Positions 9,386 through 20,128 are shown, numbered from the stretch's first letter. The stretch: 40,486 nt of DNA from an uncultured Burkholderiales bacterium (GCA_964424125.1 CAYRHS010000005.1:1-40486); one strand, 5' to 3'. Numbers and translations: made by a program. The notes: a model not told the origin generated them from the letters alone.

Positions 9386-10432
9386 GTGAACGTGTCGACG
9401 GAGGGAGCGAGCACGGTGCTGGTCGATGAGCGCCGCCTCACCGCGTGGATGGACGACATGGGCCTCGCAGCCGGCGAGCCGCTCGACGTCCAGCGGATCA
9501 CCACCGGACACTCCAACGAGGTCTTCCGAGTCGTGCGGGGCGAGCTCCGGCTCGCGCTCCGACGTCCCCCCCGGACTCCGCTCTCGCCCACCGCGCACGA
9601 CATGGCGCGCGAGCACCGCGTGCTGCGTGCGCTGACCGCAGGTGCCGATGTTCCCGTGCCGCGTCCGGTTGCGCTGTGCGAGGACGAGGGAGTGATCGGT
9701 GCCCCCTTCTACCTCATGGAGCTGCTCGACGGCGTCGTGGCGCGCGACGCCGTGCCCGAGGAGTGGAGCGCGGCACCGGGACTTGCATCCGACCTCGCCC
9801 ACGCGTTGGTAGACACGCTCGTCGGCGTGCACGCCTTCGACTGGCGGGCGGCTGGGCTCGACGACTTCGGGAGACCCGAGGGCTACCTCGAACGTCAAGC
9901 GACCCGCTGGCTCGGCCAGCTCGAGCGCTACCGGACGCGGCCCTTGCCGGACGTCGAAGTCGCGGGGGAGTGGCTCGCGGCCCACGTACCGCGGATGCAG
10001 CCACCCACGCTGATCCACGGCGACTACAAGCTCGACAACCTCATGCTCGAGCGCGACCTCCCGGTGACGCCGGTCGCGGTGCTCGACTGGGAGCAGGCGA
10101 CGATCGGCGACCCGCTCACCGACCTCGGTTGGATGCTGGGCCTGTGGCTCGAGCCCGGGGAGCAGGGTGTCTTCGTCGGTGCCAACACGCCGATGCTGGC
10201 CCTCGAGGACGTTCCCGATCGGAACGCGCTGGCGCAGCGCTACGCGGCGCGAAGTGGTCGCGATCTGGAGCACCTCGCGTTCTACTGCGTGCTCGGGCTG
10301 TTCAAGCTGGCGTGCGTGATGGAGGGGTCGTACGCGCGGCATCAGGCGGGGACGTCCGACGATCCGCTCTTCGATGTGCTCGACGAAGGCGTCCCCGCGC
10401 TCGCGCGCCGGGCGTTGTCGTTCATTCCTTGA
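9386..10432 (+). CDS. Phosphotransferase (APH-fold) family protein, ACAD10/11 kinase-domain/LvaA-like
   Basis: GHSN..F, LRRPP, AHDMAREHRVL, IGAPFYLME, LIHGDYKLDN, VLDWEQATIGDPLTDLG. Start is ambiguous (9356, 9386 or 9416). Confidence 0.9.
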   Translation: MNVSTEGASTVLVDERRLTAWMDDMGLAAGEPLDVQRITTGHSNEVFRVVRGELRLALRRPPRTPLSPTAHDMAREHRVLRALTAGADVPVPRPVALCEDEGVIGAPFYLMELLDGVVARDAVPEEWSAAPGLASDLAHALVDTLVGVHAFDWRAAGLDDFGRPEGYLERQATRWLGQLERYRTRPLPDVEVAGEWLAAHVPRMQPPTLIHGDYKLDNLMLERDLPVTPVAVLDWEQATIGDPLTDLGWMLGLWLEPGEQGVFVGANTPMLALEDVPDRNALAQRYAARSGRDLEHLAFYCVLGLFKLACVMEGSYARHQAGTSDDPLFDVLDEGVPALARRALSFIP

Positions 10433-12092
10433 CGCGCCGCCGGCGGTTCGCGGCGACGACCGTGACCCCGGCGAGCACGACTACCAAGGCGAGCACGATC
10501 AGGAGCGCGAGCTCGGCGCCGGTCGCCGGCAGCGTCGCGTCGGCGTTCCCGGTGCCGCTCGGGTCGGCGGCGTCGGGCGTGTCGTCGGGCGTGTCGTCGG
10601 TGTCGGAGGGCGGGAAGCACGTTCCGTCGCTGTCGGAGTTGCCGCCGTCGTCGCTGATCGCACCCCCGGCATCGGTGGCGCAGTCGTTGGGCGTGTTGGC
10701 GGTGATCGAGGAGCCGGCCACCGCCGCCGTGGCTCCGTCGGAGGCGGCCAAGCCGCCACCGGTGTCGCCTGCCGTGTTCTCGGTGATCACCGTGTCGGCG
10801 ACGTCGAGCGTCGCGGGTCCGCTGGTGACCGCGGCCACGACCAGCCCGCCGCCCACTCCGTCCGTGCTGTTCCCGGTCACCTCGGAACCGGTGACGGTCA
10901 CCGTTCCGGCGATGTTGGCGATGCCACCGCCGGCGAAGGGCCCCGAGTTCTCGGTGATCTCGACTCCCGAGAGGGTGGCGGTGGCGCCCATGTTGACGAG
11001 GCCGCCGCCGAGTCCCTGTGCGGTGTTGTTCGTGAGCTCGTTGGCGGTCATCGAGAAGGTCGAGCCGCCAGTGTTCAAGATGCCGCCGCCGGCGCCCTCG
11101 CCGTCGTCGTCGTCGGTGGTGTTGCCGTCGACCGTGACGTCGTCGAGGGTCACGGTGCCGCCGCCGTCGTTGTAGACGCCGCCCCCGCCCCCGCCGGTGT
11201 TCCCCGTGATGGAGCCGCCGCTCATCGTCACCGTTCCGCCGTTGTTGCGGAAGCCGCCGCCGTCGGTCGAGGCGCTGTTCTCCTGAATGGTCGTGTCGGT
11301 GAGGGTGACGGTGCCGCCGTCGTTGTCGAAGCCGCCGCCCCGCTCGTCGGAATCGTTCTCCTCGAGGATGCTCCCGCTCGCCGCGAACGTGGCTCCGCTC
11401 GCGTTGTAGACGCCGGCACCGAGCTCGTCACCGCCACCCGTCATCGCGTTGTTGACGACACCGGATTGATCCAGCGTCAGCGCGCCGGTGTTGGCAATCC
11501 CCGCGCCCCGAATGGAGTTGGAGCCCGAGGCCGAATCGAGCGTGTTACCGCCGACGACGGCGTTGGTCAGTGTCAGCGTTCCTGCGTTGCGGATGCCGGC
11601 GCCGGTCTCCTCGCTCGCGCTGGCGACCGCTCGCCCGGCGACGATGGCCATGGCGATCAGCTCGACGGTCCCGCCCTGGACGTCGAGAACGCGGGTCTGA
11701 TCCTGGCCGTTGACTACGGTGTCGGTCGCGGTCGCCGTGGCGCCGCGCATCGTGAGATCGCCCGTGACCACGAGCGGCCCGTTCGCGCCGTCGAGCACGA
11801 ACGGGTCTCCGAGGCCGGCGGCTTCGAGGTTGATTTCGTCGAGACCGGCATTCGCGTTGGCGGCCTCGACCGCGGCGCGCACCGACGTGCAGACGCCCCC
11901 CAGGCAGCTGCCGGCACCGGGGGCCTCGTCGGCCTTGTTGGCGCTCGGGACGGTGAACGTCGCGGCCGCGGCGGGAGCGGCCCACACAACTGGGAGGGCG
12001 AGTGCGACCGCGAGGACGACCGTCACGGCGCCACGTCGGCGAGACCGACGATTTCGGGCGCGCCCCAGAGCTTCGGGACCGATGACACGCAC
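10422..12092 (-). CDS. Secreted, sortase-type-anchored right-handed beta-helix repeat protein (CSLREA-like N-terminus, LPXTG C-terminus)
   Basis: Signal peptide ending APAAAA-ATFTV. C..CTSVRAAVEAANA is a CSLREA-like motif. Repeated GGG(F/V/I/L)xN...VTL units, a D/T/P-rich linker, then LPATG + hydrophobic helix + RRRRVK. AGGAG RBS. Confidence 0.85.
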   Translation of the reverse strand: MRVIGPEALGRARNRRSRRRGAVTVVLAVALALPVVWAAPAAAATFTVPSANKADEAPGAGSCLGGVCTSVRAAVEAANANAGLDEINLEAAGLGDPFVLDGANGPLVVTGDLTMRGATATATDTVVNGQDQTRVLDVQGGTVELIAMAIVAGRAVASASEETGAGIRNAGTLTLTNAVVGGNTLDSASGSNSIRGAGIANTGALTLDQSGVVNNAMTGGGDELGAGVYNASGATFAASGSILEENDSDERGGGFDNDGGTVTLTDTTIQENSASTDGGGFRNNGGTVTMSGGSITGNTGGGGGGVYNDGGGTVTLDDVTVDGNTTDDDDGEGAGGGILNTGGSTFSMTANELTNNTAQGLGGGLVNMGATATLSGVEITENSGPFAGGGIANIAGTVTVTGSEVTGNSTDGVGGGLVVAAVTSGPATLDVADTVITENTAGDTGGGLAASDGATAAVAGSSITANTPNDCATDAGGAISDDGGNSDSDGTCFPPSDTDDTPDDTPDAADPSGTGNADATLPATGAELALLIVLALVVVLAGVTVVAANRRRRVKE

Positions 12093-12198
12093 GTGCTCCT
12101 ATCGACGGACGCGCTCCGGACTTGAGCTGCGACGCGTTCGGCCACGGAGCGCGCGACGGTCCACCACCTCCGCCTCCCCAGCGCGGACAATGCTGGCC

Positions 12199-13230
12199 AT
12201 GGATCGCCTCACCCGCGGCGTGCTCGAGCTTGAGGCCGGCCACAGGATCGGCGTGTCCTGGGCCGGTCGGGGCATCCCGGTCGTACTCCTCCACGGCTTC
12301 GGCGCCGAGGCGCGGGTCTACGCGCAGAGTGCGTCGCGACTGACGCGTCTCGGCTTGCGCGTGATCGGCATCGACGCGCCCGGCCACGGCGAATCGTCGG
12401 GCCCAGGAGCCCAAGCCGCGCTCGCCGATTGGGCGACACACGTGGACGACGTCCTGACCCACCTCGGCATCCGGCGCGCGGTGCTGCTCGGGCACTCGAT
12501 GGGCGGCCGGCTGGCCGCCGAGGTCGCCGCTCGACGCCCCGGCCGGGCGCTCGGGGTCCTGCTCGTCGACGCCATCCTCGGCGATCCGTGGGACCGGCGG
12601 CTGCGCCGGGCGCTCCGGTTCCCGCCCGCCCTGTCCGCGTTCGGTGCGGCGTTCCTGTTGGACAGCGCGCAGACGGCGGCGCCGCATCGTGACCCCGCAC
12701 AGGCCCGCAAGCTCTGGCGGCTCTCGATGCCGATGTGGCGAAACCGCCTGACGAATCCCCTGCACACCCTCGCGGCTGCGCGGGCGGTGCTCCGCTCGGA
12801 GCCGTCCGTCGAGGTGCTCGAACGGCTCCGAGCGGCCGAGATCCCGGTCACCGTTCTCCACGGTGAGCGTGACCTCGTGGTTCCTCTCGACGCCGGGCGC
12901 GACGCGGCGGCCCGGACCGACGCGGATCTCGTCGTCGTCCGTGGGGCGCGTCACTCCTGGCCGCTGAGCTGTCCCGAGACCCTGCCCGTGATCGTCGAGG
13001 AGTTGCTCGGGGGCCGGCTGGGTGACGCGGTGCTCGGCGCAGCTCGACAGGCAGGGATCCGACGCGAGCGCCCCACGGTCGCCGAGCTCGAAGCAGTGCT
13101 CTACGACGACGGGGCGGCCGCGCTCCGGTTGCCGACCGTCCGGCGACTGAAGCCGCCGGAAGAGCAGATACCTCGCTTCGATTGGCGGATCGAACGACCG
13201 TCGGCGACGGCGCTGCGGGTCACCGCCTGA
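12199..13230 (+). CDS. Alpha/beta fold hydrolase
   Basis: VVLLHGFG, DAPGHG, nucleophile elbow GHSMGG, HGERD (acid), ARHSWP (His). Start at 12199, or 12190. Confidence 0.9.
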   Translation: MDRLTRGVLELEAGHRIGVSWAGRGIPVVLLHGFGAEARVYAQSASRLTRLGLRVIGIDAPGHGESSGPGAQAALADWATHVDDVLTHLGIRRAVLLGHSMGGRLAAEVAARRPGRALGVLLVDAILGDPWDRRLRRALRFPPALSAFGAAFLLDSAQTAAPHRDPAQARKLWRLSMPMWRNRLTNPLHTLAAARAVLRSEPSVEVLERLRAAEIPVTVLHGERDLVVPLDAGRDAAARTDADLVVVRGARHSWPLSCPETLPVIVEELLGGRLGDAVLGAARQAGIRRERPTVAELEAVLYDDGAAALRLPTVRRLKPPEEQIPRFDWRIERPSATALRVTA

Positions 13231-13272
13231 GTCCCGCCTCGCGATCGGCTGCGACGGAGCCGTCGGCGGGGA

Positions 13273-14049
13273 TCAGAGGTCCAGGTCGACGACGACGGGC
13301 GCGTGGTCGGATGGCTGCTTGCCCTTGCGCGCGTTCCGGTCGACGGTTGCCCAACGGACGGCTTCGGCTGCGGGTTTCGTCATGTACACGAGGTCGATGC
13401 GCATCCCACGGTGCTGGTGGAAGTCACCGCGCCGGTAGTCCCAGTAGGTGAACAGGCCGTCGTCCTCGTAGCAGCGTCGGAACGCGTCCTCGAGGCCCCA
13501 CGCGCGCAGCCCCGCGAGTGCGTCCCGTTCCTCGTCGGTGACGTGGGTCGCGCCGACGAATGCGGTCGGGTCCCACACGTCCCGGTCCTCGGGCGCGACG
13601 TTGAAGTCGCCGACGAGCGCCAGCGGTGTCTCGGGTGTGAAGGACGCGTCCAACCAGTCCCGCAGGCGTTCGAGCCAGACGAGCTTCCGGTCCCAGAACT
13701 CGCTTCCGACCTCCCGACCGTTCGGCACGTAGACCGACACGCATTCGAGAGCACCGCAGCGGGCAGCCACCAGACGGGCGTCACCCGCGTAGGGATCCTC
13801 GAGATCGCCGAAACCGGTACGCACGTCGTCGAGGCCGACCTTCGACAGGATGGCGACGCCGTTCCACCGGCCTTCCCCGTAGTGGACCGCGTCGTAGCCC
13901 AACGCCTCGAAGGTCAGCTGCGGGAACGCGTCGTCCGCGAGCTTCGTCTCCTGGAGGCAACAGACGTCGGGTTGCGCATAGCCCAGCCACTCCTCGACGC
14001 GCGGGAGGCGGGCCTTCAGCGAATTGACGTTCCAGGTCGCGAGTCGCAT
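13273..14049 (-). CDS. xth: Exodeoxyribonuclease III
   Basis: MRLATWNVNS, LQETK, SVYVPNG, GDFNVAP, FTYWDYR, GMRID, PSDHAP. Confidence 0.96.
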   Translation of the reverse strand: MRLATWNVNSLKARLPRVEEWLGYAQPDVCCLQETKLADDAFPQLTFEALGYDAVHYGEGRWNGVAILSKVGLDDVRTGFGDLEDPYAGDARLVAARCGALECVSVYVPNGREVGSEFWDRKLVWLERLRDWLDASFTPETPLALVGDFNVAPEDRDVWDPTAFVGATHVTDEERDALAGLRAWGLEDAFRRCYEDDGLFTYWDYRRGDFHQHRGMRIDLVYMTKPAAEAVRWATVDRNARKGKQPSDHAPVVVDLDL

Positions 14050-14065
14050 TCTTCGCGCCGCCGCG

Positions 14066-17000
14066 TCAGGGTGCGGCGCGGCGCCGGGCCTGGACGAACA
14101 CCACGACCAGTCCGCCTGCGACCACGACGATGACCACGATGAAGATGATCAGGCCGGCATTGCTCCCACCGCCGCCATCTTCCTCCGTTTCGCTCGTGCG
14201 GAGCGCAGCGCGACCCTCCGTCTCGAGCTGCACGACTTGCTGGAACGTCGGCCGGTTCACCCAGTTCATCGGGGGCAGGCCCACGACGAGGGAGCCGTAC
14301 CTGATCTCGTCGTCGGCGACCGTACGCTGCCAATCGGCGACCTCGGCCGAGCCGAACTCAGCCTCGAGGATCGGAATCGTGTCCTGCAGCGAGTCCCACA
14401 GGGCTTGGCGGCAGGCATCGCGATCGCCGCCGCCGCAGTAGTCGCGCTCCCATGCGCCGTCGAGCTGATTGCCCGCGACCTTGCCGAGATCGTTCAGTAC
14501 CTGCGAGTACGAGCCGTTGGCAAACGACGATCCCTGGTGGTCGTCGCCGGGTGCGTCGTGGTACTCGGCGTTCTCCTCGGCTTGGTCGGTCTCGGTCGTG
14601 TCCTGTTCGTTCACGTCGAGATCGAGCGCCCGGAAGGCGTCGCCACTTCGTTCGGCAAGGACCGCGTCGGTGAGCGGTGCCCACCAGGCGTCCATGATCG
14701 CCGGTGGCGTTGCCTGCTCGTAGACCTGGTCGTCGGGGCCTCGTGCCTTGCGATGGGCGCCGGTGTCCGCCCACGTCTCGAGCTCCTCCCGCATCGCGGC
14801 GAGGCGCTCGTCCATCCCTTCGGGCGGGGTCAGCCCCATGAGGTCGAGCACGACGGGGAGCACCTCCTGACCGCGCAGGTCCACCGTCGCCGCGTCCTCC
14901 ATGACGTCGACGACAGCAGCACGGTCGAAGGGCTCGCCGCTCTCGATCCCGTCCTCGAGGCGGCTGTTCAGGAGCTCGACGCGGTGAGTCGGACCGAACG
15001 ACCACTGCTGGTCTGATGCGGCGAACTCCGGGGCCTGCTTGTTGTTCCAGGACGTGATGTAGCCGGCGTCGGGGTTCGAGTCGAAGGGCTGGTCGTCGCT
15101 GGCGAGGAAGCCCTGCCAGTCCCACTCGCCCGTGCCGAACGCCGGAAGCGCCGGGTCCACGCCCTCGGCCCGCAGCGGGCACTTGCACGACTGCTGGTAG
15201 CCGATGGTGTCGGCATCGACGTAGAACCAGTTGAAGGTGAAGTCGATGCCTTCACCCATCGCGCGACGGAAGGCCTCGAAGCCTTCCTCCATGAACCGCG
15301 GGTCGTTGACGTTGCGGAAGCCGACGCCCGAGGTGATCTCCCCGAAGTAGGTCGATCGGTGGTCGGCGATCGCGATCGGCGTGCCGTCCTTCAACGTGCC
15401 GCGCTGGTTGATCGGTCCGTGGTCGGGACTGCGCTGGATGGTCCACGTGAGCGTGATGGGATCTCCGGAGATCAAGCCGTCGGTGGTGGCGACGACGTGG
15501 TCGAAGGTCTCGATCTCCTTGCATTGTCCGTCGTGCTCGTAGCCCATCGACTCGATGGTCGGCTCGCCCCCGGCCGGGTCGCAGAGCCGCAGCACGAACT
15601 GGTCGATGTTGTCGGCACCCGACGAGGTCGCCGACCACGCATAGTCGCGCCCCCGGCCGATCTGGAGCCAGAGGTCGATGCCGAGGAAGCCGACACCGCG
15701 GGCGTCGATGCCGGGACCGTGGACGTCGTGCTCGACCATCAGTTCCGGAACCGAGTACCCGATCTGGGGTCCGAAGACCGCGATCGGGTGTCCCGTGTCC
15801 GTGTGCTCGCCGTCGACGAGGATGGCGTTGCTGGCCGCGACGGGTTCGGCGGTGTCGAGCCGGTCGAGGAAGTCGATGATCGAGTCGGGGACGTCGGAAG
15901 CCCTCAGGGCGGCACCGCCCGCTTGGTCTGCCGCACTCCCGGCGGCCGGGACAGGCTGGCCGGCCTGCGCGTCGTCGGCGCCGACCCCGACGAGGCTGGA
16001 GCAGTCGAGATCCGGGATGGCCGAGTCGTCGACCTGGCCGAGGTCGGTGTTGTAGGGGGCCTTGCGCCTCGACGTGGTGGGAGCATCCGGGTCGTTGGCG
16101 AACTTGAAGTCGTCGAAGACCGTTCGCGCCACGTCCTCGCTTCCGAGTGTCTCGGTCATCGCGTCGAGCCCGCAGAGGTTGGAGACCTCGCGGCCACCGC
16201 CCCGCCCGAAGATCCCTCCGATCAAGGCCCCGATCGCCACTGCGTCCGTCGTCTTCCACGGTGCCGGCGTCTTGCCGAGCAACGTGTACTCGAACGGGAG
16301 GATGCTCGGGTCCTGGCGCGCTTCCTCGATGAAGGCGTTGACACCCGCCGTGTACGCGTCGAGGTCCTCGATTGCGGCCGCGCCTTCCGCTCCCGAATCA
16401 CGCTGCTCGTCGACCTGGGCCTGGAGGTCCGCTTCCGTGTACGGGGCGCTCTCCAGCACCGCGATGTCCTGTCCGATGAGTTCGTCGGAGAACCCGACGA
16501 ACTCCGAAAGACGCCCGCGCCCGGTGTTCCGCAGCACGTCCATGTAGAGGATGCGGTCCTCGGCAGTGGTGTAGCCCTCGGCGAACATCGTCCCCTCGCG
16601 GGTCTCGCCGAAGATGTGGGGGACGTTGAAGCTCTCGTCCCGGATGACCGTGACGTCGTCACGCCCGCCGGGCTGGTAGGTGCGCCCGATGTCGTCGGGC
16701 GGCACGCCGAACGACGCGTCCTTGAAGAAGTCGGTGAGCTGGTCCTCGGCGAGGCCTGGACTGTTGAAGACCAGGTCGTTGTACATCTTGCGCTGATCGG
16801 CGAAGTACGGCGGGAAGCCCGTTTCGTCACCGGCGGTGTTCGCCTCGTTGGCTTGCGCGAAACCGGCCTGATCGAGTGTGGCGGTCTGGCCTGGAGGCAA
16901 GATGTTCAGGAATCCTCGTGCGTCCCCGAATTCCTGGTACTGCCCTTCCGACTGCGCGTCGGCCCCGGCGCTGCTGCTGTTGGTTCCGGTGGACCCGTCG

Positions 17001-17092
17001 GAGTCGGGTTCGCCGGCCCCGGCCCCGGCCGCGCCACTCCCGATGACGAGGGCGCCCGCCAAGGCCGCCGCGACCGCACGCTTGCTCCGCAT
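14066..17092 (-). CDS. Penicillin acylase family (Ntn-hydrolase, peptidase S45) precursor, secreted and C-terminally membrane anchored
   Basis: From ATG 17092: signal peptide, NILPPGQ, IRD..VPHIFG, GY..AEDR, beta-chain start SNA(ILV), [18 protein letters not shown]-terminal GGGGS + TM helix + RRR. Confidence 0.9.
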   Translation of the reverse strand: MRSKRAVAAALAGALVIGSGAAGAGAGEPDSDGSTGTNSSSAGADAQSEGQYQEFGDARGFLNILPPGQTATLDQAGFAQANEANTAGDETGFPPYFADQRKMYNDLVFNSPGLAEDQLTDFFKDASFGVPPDDIGRTYQPGGRDDVTVIRDESFNVPHIFGETREGTMFAEGYTTAEDRILYMDVLRNTGRGRLSEFVGFSDELIGQDIAVLESAPYTEADLQAQVDEQRDSGAEGAAAIEDLDAYTAGVNAFIEEARQDPSILPFEYTLLGKTPAPWKTTDAVAIGALIGGIFGRGGGREVSNLCGLDAMTETLGSEDVARTVFDDFKFANDPDAPTTSRRKAPYNTDLGQVDDSAIPDLDCSSLVGVGADDAQAGQPVPAAGSAADQAGGAALRASDVPDSIIDFLDRLDTAEPVAASNAILVDGEHTDTGHPIAVFGPQIGYSVPELMVEHDVHGPGIDARGVGFLGIDLWLQIGRGRDYAWSATSSGADNIDQFVLRLCDPAGGEPTIESMGYEHDGQCKEIETFDHVVATTDGLISGDPITLTWTIQRSPDHGPINQRGTLKDGTPIAIADHRSTYFGEITSGVGFRNVNDPRFMEEGFEAFRRAMGEGIDFTFNWFYVDADTIGYQQSCKCPLRAEGVDPALPAFGTGEWDWQGFLASDDQPFDSNPDAGYITSWNNKQAPEFAASDQQWSFGPTHRVELLNSRLEDGIESGEPFDRAAVVDVMEDAATVDLRGQEVLPVVLDLMGLTPPEGMDERLAAMREELETWADTGAHRKARGPDDQVYEQATPPAIMDAWWAPLTDAVLAERSGDAFRALDLDVNEQDTTETDQAEENAEYHDAPGDDHQGSSFANGSYSQVLNDLGKVAGNQLDGAWERDYCGGGDRDACRQALWDSLQDTIPILEAEFGSAEVADWQRTVADDEIRYGSLVVGLPPMNWVNRPTFQQVVQLETEGRAALRTSETEEDGGGGSNAGLIIFIVVIVVVAGGLVVVFVQARRRAAP

Positions 17093-17210
17093 TCTCGCCC
17101 CCCGCTCCGGGCGCCGCCCCGGCGCTGCAGTGCAGGAGACGGTACGCAGCCGGCACGGCCGGTGCCAGTAGGGGTGGATCGCGGTAGTTCCGGTCCGACG
17201 CCGGAGCGGG

Positions 17211-17224
17211 CGTACGCGTACGTT
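17211..17224. promoter_or_regulatory. Perfect 12-bp palindrome overlapping a candidate -10 in the divergent acylase/mcr intergenic region
   Basis: CGTACGCGTACG at 17211-17222; TACGTT at 17219-17224. Confidence 0.35.
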
Positions 17225-17254
17225 CCTGCCACTGATCGGAGAAGGGGAGCGGGC

Positions 17255-18394
17255 GTGGGACCACTCGGGGGATTGCGGGTCGTGGAGATCGCGGGCATCG
17301 GACCGGGCCCGTTCGCGGCGATGATGCTCGCCGACATGGGGGCCGATGTGATCCGCGTGGACCGACCGCAAGCCGTGCCGCACGACTTCTCCGGACCCAG
17401 CCCGGAGCTCGTGTACCGGGGGCGCCGCTCGGTCGCGGTCGATCTCAAGGCACCCGAGGGTGTCGAGTGCGTGCTCCGCCTCGTGGAGCGAGCGGACGCG
17501 TTCCTCGAGGGCTTCCGGCCCGGGGTCGCCGAACGCCTGGGGATCGGTCCGGACGTGTGCCTGGAGCGCAACCCGAAGCTCGTGTACGGGCAAATGACCG
17601 GGTGGGGCCAGGAGGGTCCGTATGCCCGGGCCGCCGGCCACGACATCAACTACATCGCGCTCGCCGGTGCGCTCGCGCACTTCGGCCGGGCGGGCGAGAA
17701 GCCGACCCCACCGATCAACCTCGTCGGCGACTTCGGTGGTGGGGGGATGCTGCTCGCGTTCGGGATCGTCTGCGGGATCGTCGAGGCGGCCCGGTCGGGC
17801 CGGGGCCAGGTCGTCGACGCGGCGATGGTCGACGGCACCGCGGCGCTCATGACGATGGTCTGGGGCCTCCAGGCGCAGGGCTTCTGGAGCGACGAGCGTG
17901 GAACGAACGTGCTCGACACGGGCGCGCCTTTCTACGACACCTACGAGACCGCCGACGGGAAGTTCGTCAGCGTGGGCGCGCTCGAGCCGCAGTTCTACGA
18001 CACGCTTCTGGAGCTCACCGGCCTGAACGACCAGGACCGTGCGCGACAGATGGACACCTCGGGTTGGCCGGAGTTGCGCGCCCGCCTCACCGAGGTGTTC
18101 AAGTCCAAGACCCGTGACGAGTGGTGTGCGGTACTCGGCCAGACCGACGCCTGCTTCGCACCCGTCTTGACGATGCGCGAGGCCCGCGAGCACCCGCACC
18201 TGGCGCAGCGAGGCACGTTCGTCGAGGTGGCGGGGGTCGACCAGCCCGCGCCCGCGCCCCGGTTCAGCCGCACGACCGCGAACATCCAGCGCCCTGCGGC
18301 CTGGCCGGGGGAGCACACCACCGAGGCGTTGACCGACTGGGGTTTCGATCCTGGTGAGCTGGACGGGCTCCGCGAGGCCGGCGCGATCAGGTGA
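17255..18394 (+). CDS. mcr: CaiB/BaiF family CoA transferase, alpha-methylacyl-CoA racemase (Mcr)-like
   Basis: [49 protein letters not shown] (catalytic His), NLVGDFGGG (catalytic Asp), [17 protein letters not shown]. Confidence 0.9.
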   Translation: MGPLGGLRVVEIAGIGPGPFAAMMLADMGADVIRVDRPQAVPHDFSGPSPELVYRGRRSVAVDLKAPEGVECVLRLVERADAFLEGFRPGVAERLGIGPDVCLERNPKLVYGQMTGWGQEGPYARAAGHDINYIALAGALAHFGRAGEKPTPPINLVGDFGGGGMLLAFGIVCGIVEAARSGRGQVVDAAMVDGTAALMTMVWGLQAQGFWSDERGTNVLDTGAPFYDTYETADGKFVSVGALEPQFYDTLLELTGLNDQDRARQMDTSGWPELRARLTEVFKSKTRDEWCAVLGQTDACFAPVLTMREAREHPHLAQRGTFVEVAGVDQPAPAPRFSRTTANIQRPAAWPGEHTTEALTDWGFDPGELDGLREAGAIR

Positions 18395-18397
18395 GCG

Positions 18398-20128
18398 TCA
18401 ACCGCTCCCGGGCACGCCGACCGTCTCGGTGTCTCGGCCTGACCGCAGGAGCGTCCCGGCGAGCTCGCCCGTGCTGTCGTCGTCGGCGACGGTGACGCGA
18501 CCGTTCACCCAGACCCGTCGGATGCCCTCGGACCGAGAGAACAACCGCTTGCTGCCCGCGGGGAGGTCGGCGACGAGGCGGACCGGTCCGGCACCGATCC
18601 GTTCGGGATCGAAGAGCACGAGGTCGGCGTGCCAGCCCTCGACGATCCGGCCGCGCTCGCGCAGGCCGAAGAGGCGCGCGGGCACATCCGTCATGAGCTG
18701 GACGGTGCGCTCCATCGACAGGAGCTTGCGGCCGCGAATCATGTCGGCGAGGAAGACGGTCGGGTACGTGGAGCCGAGCATCCGGTCGAGGTGCGCGCCG
18801 CCGTCGGATCCGCCGACCATCGCCCGACCCGAGTCGACGAGCTCCATGCGCATCCTCCAGCTCGCGTCGTCGTCCTCGAGCGGTCGGGGCCACAGGACGG
18901 TCCGGAGGTCGTCGGCGAGGACGATGTCGAGAAGGGTGTCGAACGGCTCCCGGCCCCGCTCGGCCGCGATGTCGCCGACCCGTCGGCCCTCCAGGGAGTG
19001 GTTCTCGCCGGAGAACGTGTCGCCGATCTCGTAGTCCGCCCAGCGGTTGAAGCGCTGGAAGACGCCGGCGGTCTCGGCGTGCGCCGCCTCGTCCAGCTTC
19101 TTCCGGACTCCGGGATCCCGCAGCTGCTGCATCCGTTCGGGCACCGGCAGGGTCAGGACCTCCTCCCAGCCCGGGATGAGGGTCAGCGCGCAACGAGTCA
19201 GAAAGCTCATGTTCATGGGGACGAGCACGGGCATCGTGAGGGCCACGACGCGGGCGCCGCGCTCGGCGGCGTAGGCCGATGCCTCGAGTTGGTGTTCGAC
19301 CGCGCCGGGATCGTTGGAGTCGACGGTGAGCACGTTCCAGTTGAGTGGGCGGCCGGCCGCCAGCGACATCGCAGTCAACCGCTCGATCTCCTCGCCGGTG
19401 AAGCCCCTCAGGCACCCGTCGGTGATGTACTCGAGCGTGGTGCCCTCGTACTCGGACACCACCCGGGCGAGCGCGAGCACCTCGGCGGTGGTCGCGAATC
19501 GTGACGGGATCGGCTTCCCGTCACCGTCGTCATGGGTGAACGACTGGGACGACGAGAAGCCGATCGCTCCCGCCGCCAGCGCCTTGCGGAGCTCGTCGCG
19601 GAGGGCCTCGAGCTGGTCGGGAGACGCCTCGTTCCCTGTTGCGTCCGCTCCCATCACGAAGCGCCGCAGCGAGCAGTGGCCGGCGAGGAACGCCGCGTTC
19701 ACGCCCAACCGCCCTTCGAGGGCATGGAGGTACTCGTCGAAGCTCGTCCAGTGGATCTCCACGCCGTCCGCGAGCGCGTCGAGCGGCATCCCTTCGACCG
19801 CCCCCAGCATCTCCAGCGTCCACTGCGCGTCGTCCGCCCGGAGTGGGGCGAGCGTGAAGCCGCAGTTGCCGGAGAGGACCGTGGTGACCCCGTGGACGTT
19901 CGACGGGCTGGCGAAGGGATCCCAGAGGAGCTGGGCGTCGTAGTGGGTGTGCGGGTCGACGAACCCGGGACAGAGGACCAGGCCGGTCCCGTCGACGCGT
20001 TCGGTGGCCGGCTCGTCGATCTCGCCGATCGAGGCGATGCGCCCGTCCCGGATCCCGACGTCGGCCCGGCGCGCCGGCACGCCCGTGCCGTCGACCACGT
20101 TCGCGTTCTCGATCAGGAAGTCGAGCAC
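18398..20128 (-). CDS. N-acyl-D-amino-acid deacylase family amidohydrolase
   Basis: VVDGTG...ADVGIRDGRI, PGFVDPHTHYD, GVTTVLSGNCG, GSDGGAH, ADLVLFDP. GAGGA RBS before GTG 20128. Confidence 0.9.
   Translation of the reverse strand: MLDFLIENANVVDGTGVPARRADVGIRDGRIASIGEIDEPATERVDGTGLVLCPGFVDPHTHYDAQLLWDPFASPSNVHGVTTVLSGNCGFTLAPLRADDAQWTLEMLGAVEGMPLDALADGVEIHWTSFDEYLHALEGRLGVNAAFLAGHCSLRRFVMGADATGNEASPDQLEALRDELRKALAAGAIGFSSSQSFTHDDGDGKPIPSRFATTAEVLALARVVSEYEGTTLEYITDGCLRGFTGEEIERLTAMSLAAGRPLNWNVLTVDSNDPGAVEHQLEASAYAAERGARVVALTMPVLVPMNMSFLTRCALTLIPGWEEVLTLPVPERMQQLRDPGVRKKLDEAAHAETAGVFQRFNRWADYEIGDTFSGENHSLEGRRVGDIAAERGREPFDTLLDIVLADDLRTVLWPRPLEDDDASWRMRMELVDSGRAMVGGSDGGAHLDRMLGSTYPTVFLADMIRGRKLLSMERTVQLMTDVPARLFGLRERGRIVEGWHADLVLFDPERIGAGPVRLVADLPAGSKRLFSRSEGIRRVWVNGRVTVADDDSTGELAGTLLRSGRDTETVGVPGSG

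Noticed and set aside
9386-10432. Aminoglycoside resistance kinase
   Set aside because: The motifs fit the ACAD10/11-type acyl-CoA kinase subgroup of the APH fold, and there is no mobile-element context.
10560-11420. GCCGCCGCC / GTCGTCG repeats as a CRISPR array or tandem-repeat element
   Set aside because: They are codon-level repeats of Gly-rich beta-helix coils and a DTP linker within a CDS. There is no constant repeat-spacer structure and no cas gene.
14066-18394. Mutually overlapping 1416-aa (-) and 1011-aa (+) ORFs suggesting dual-strand coding
   Set aside because: Each extension is only the antisense read of the opposite real gene. Scarcity of stop codons at high GC explains it. True starts are at 17092 and 17255.
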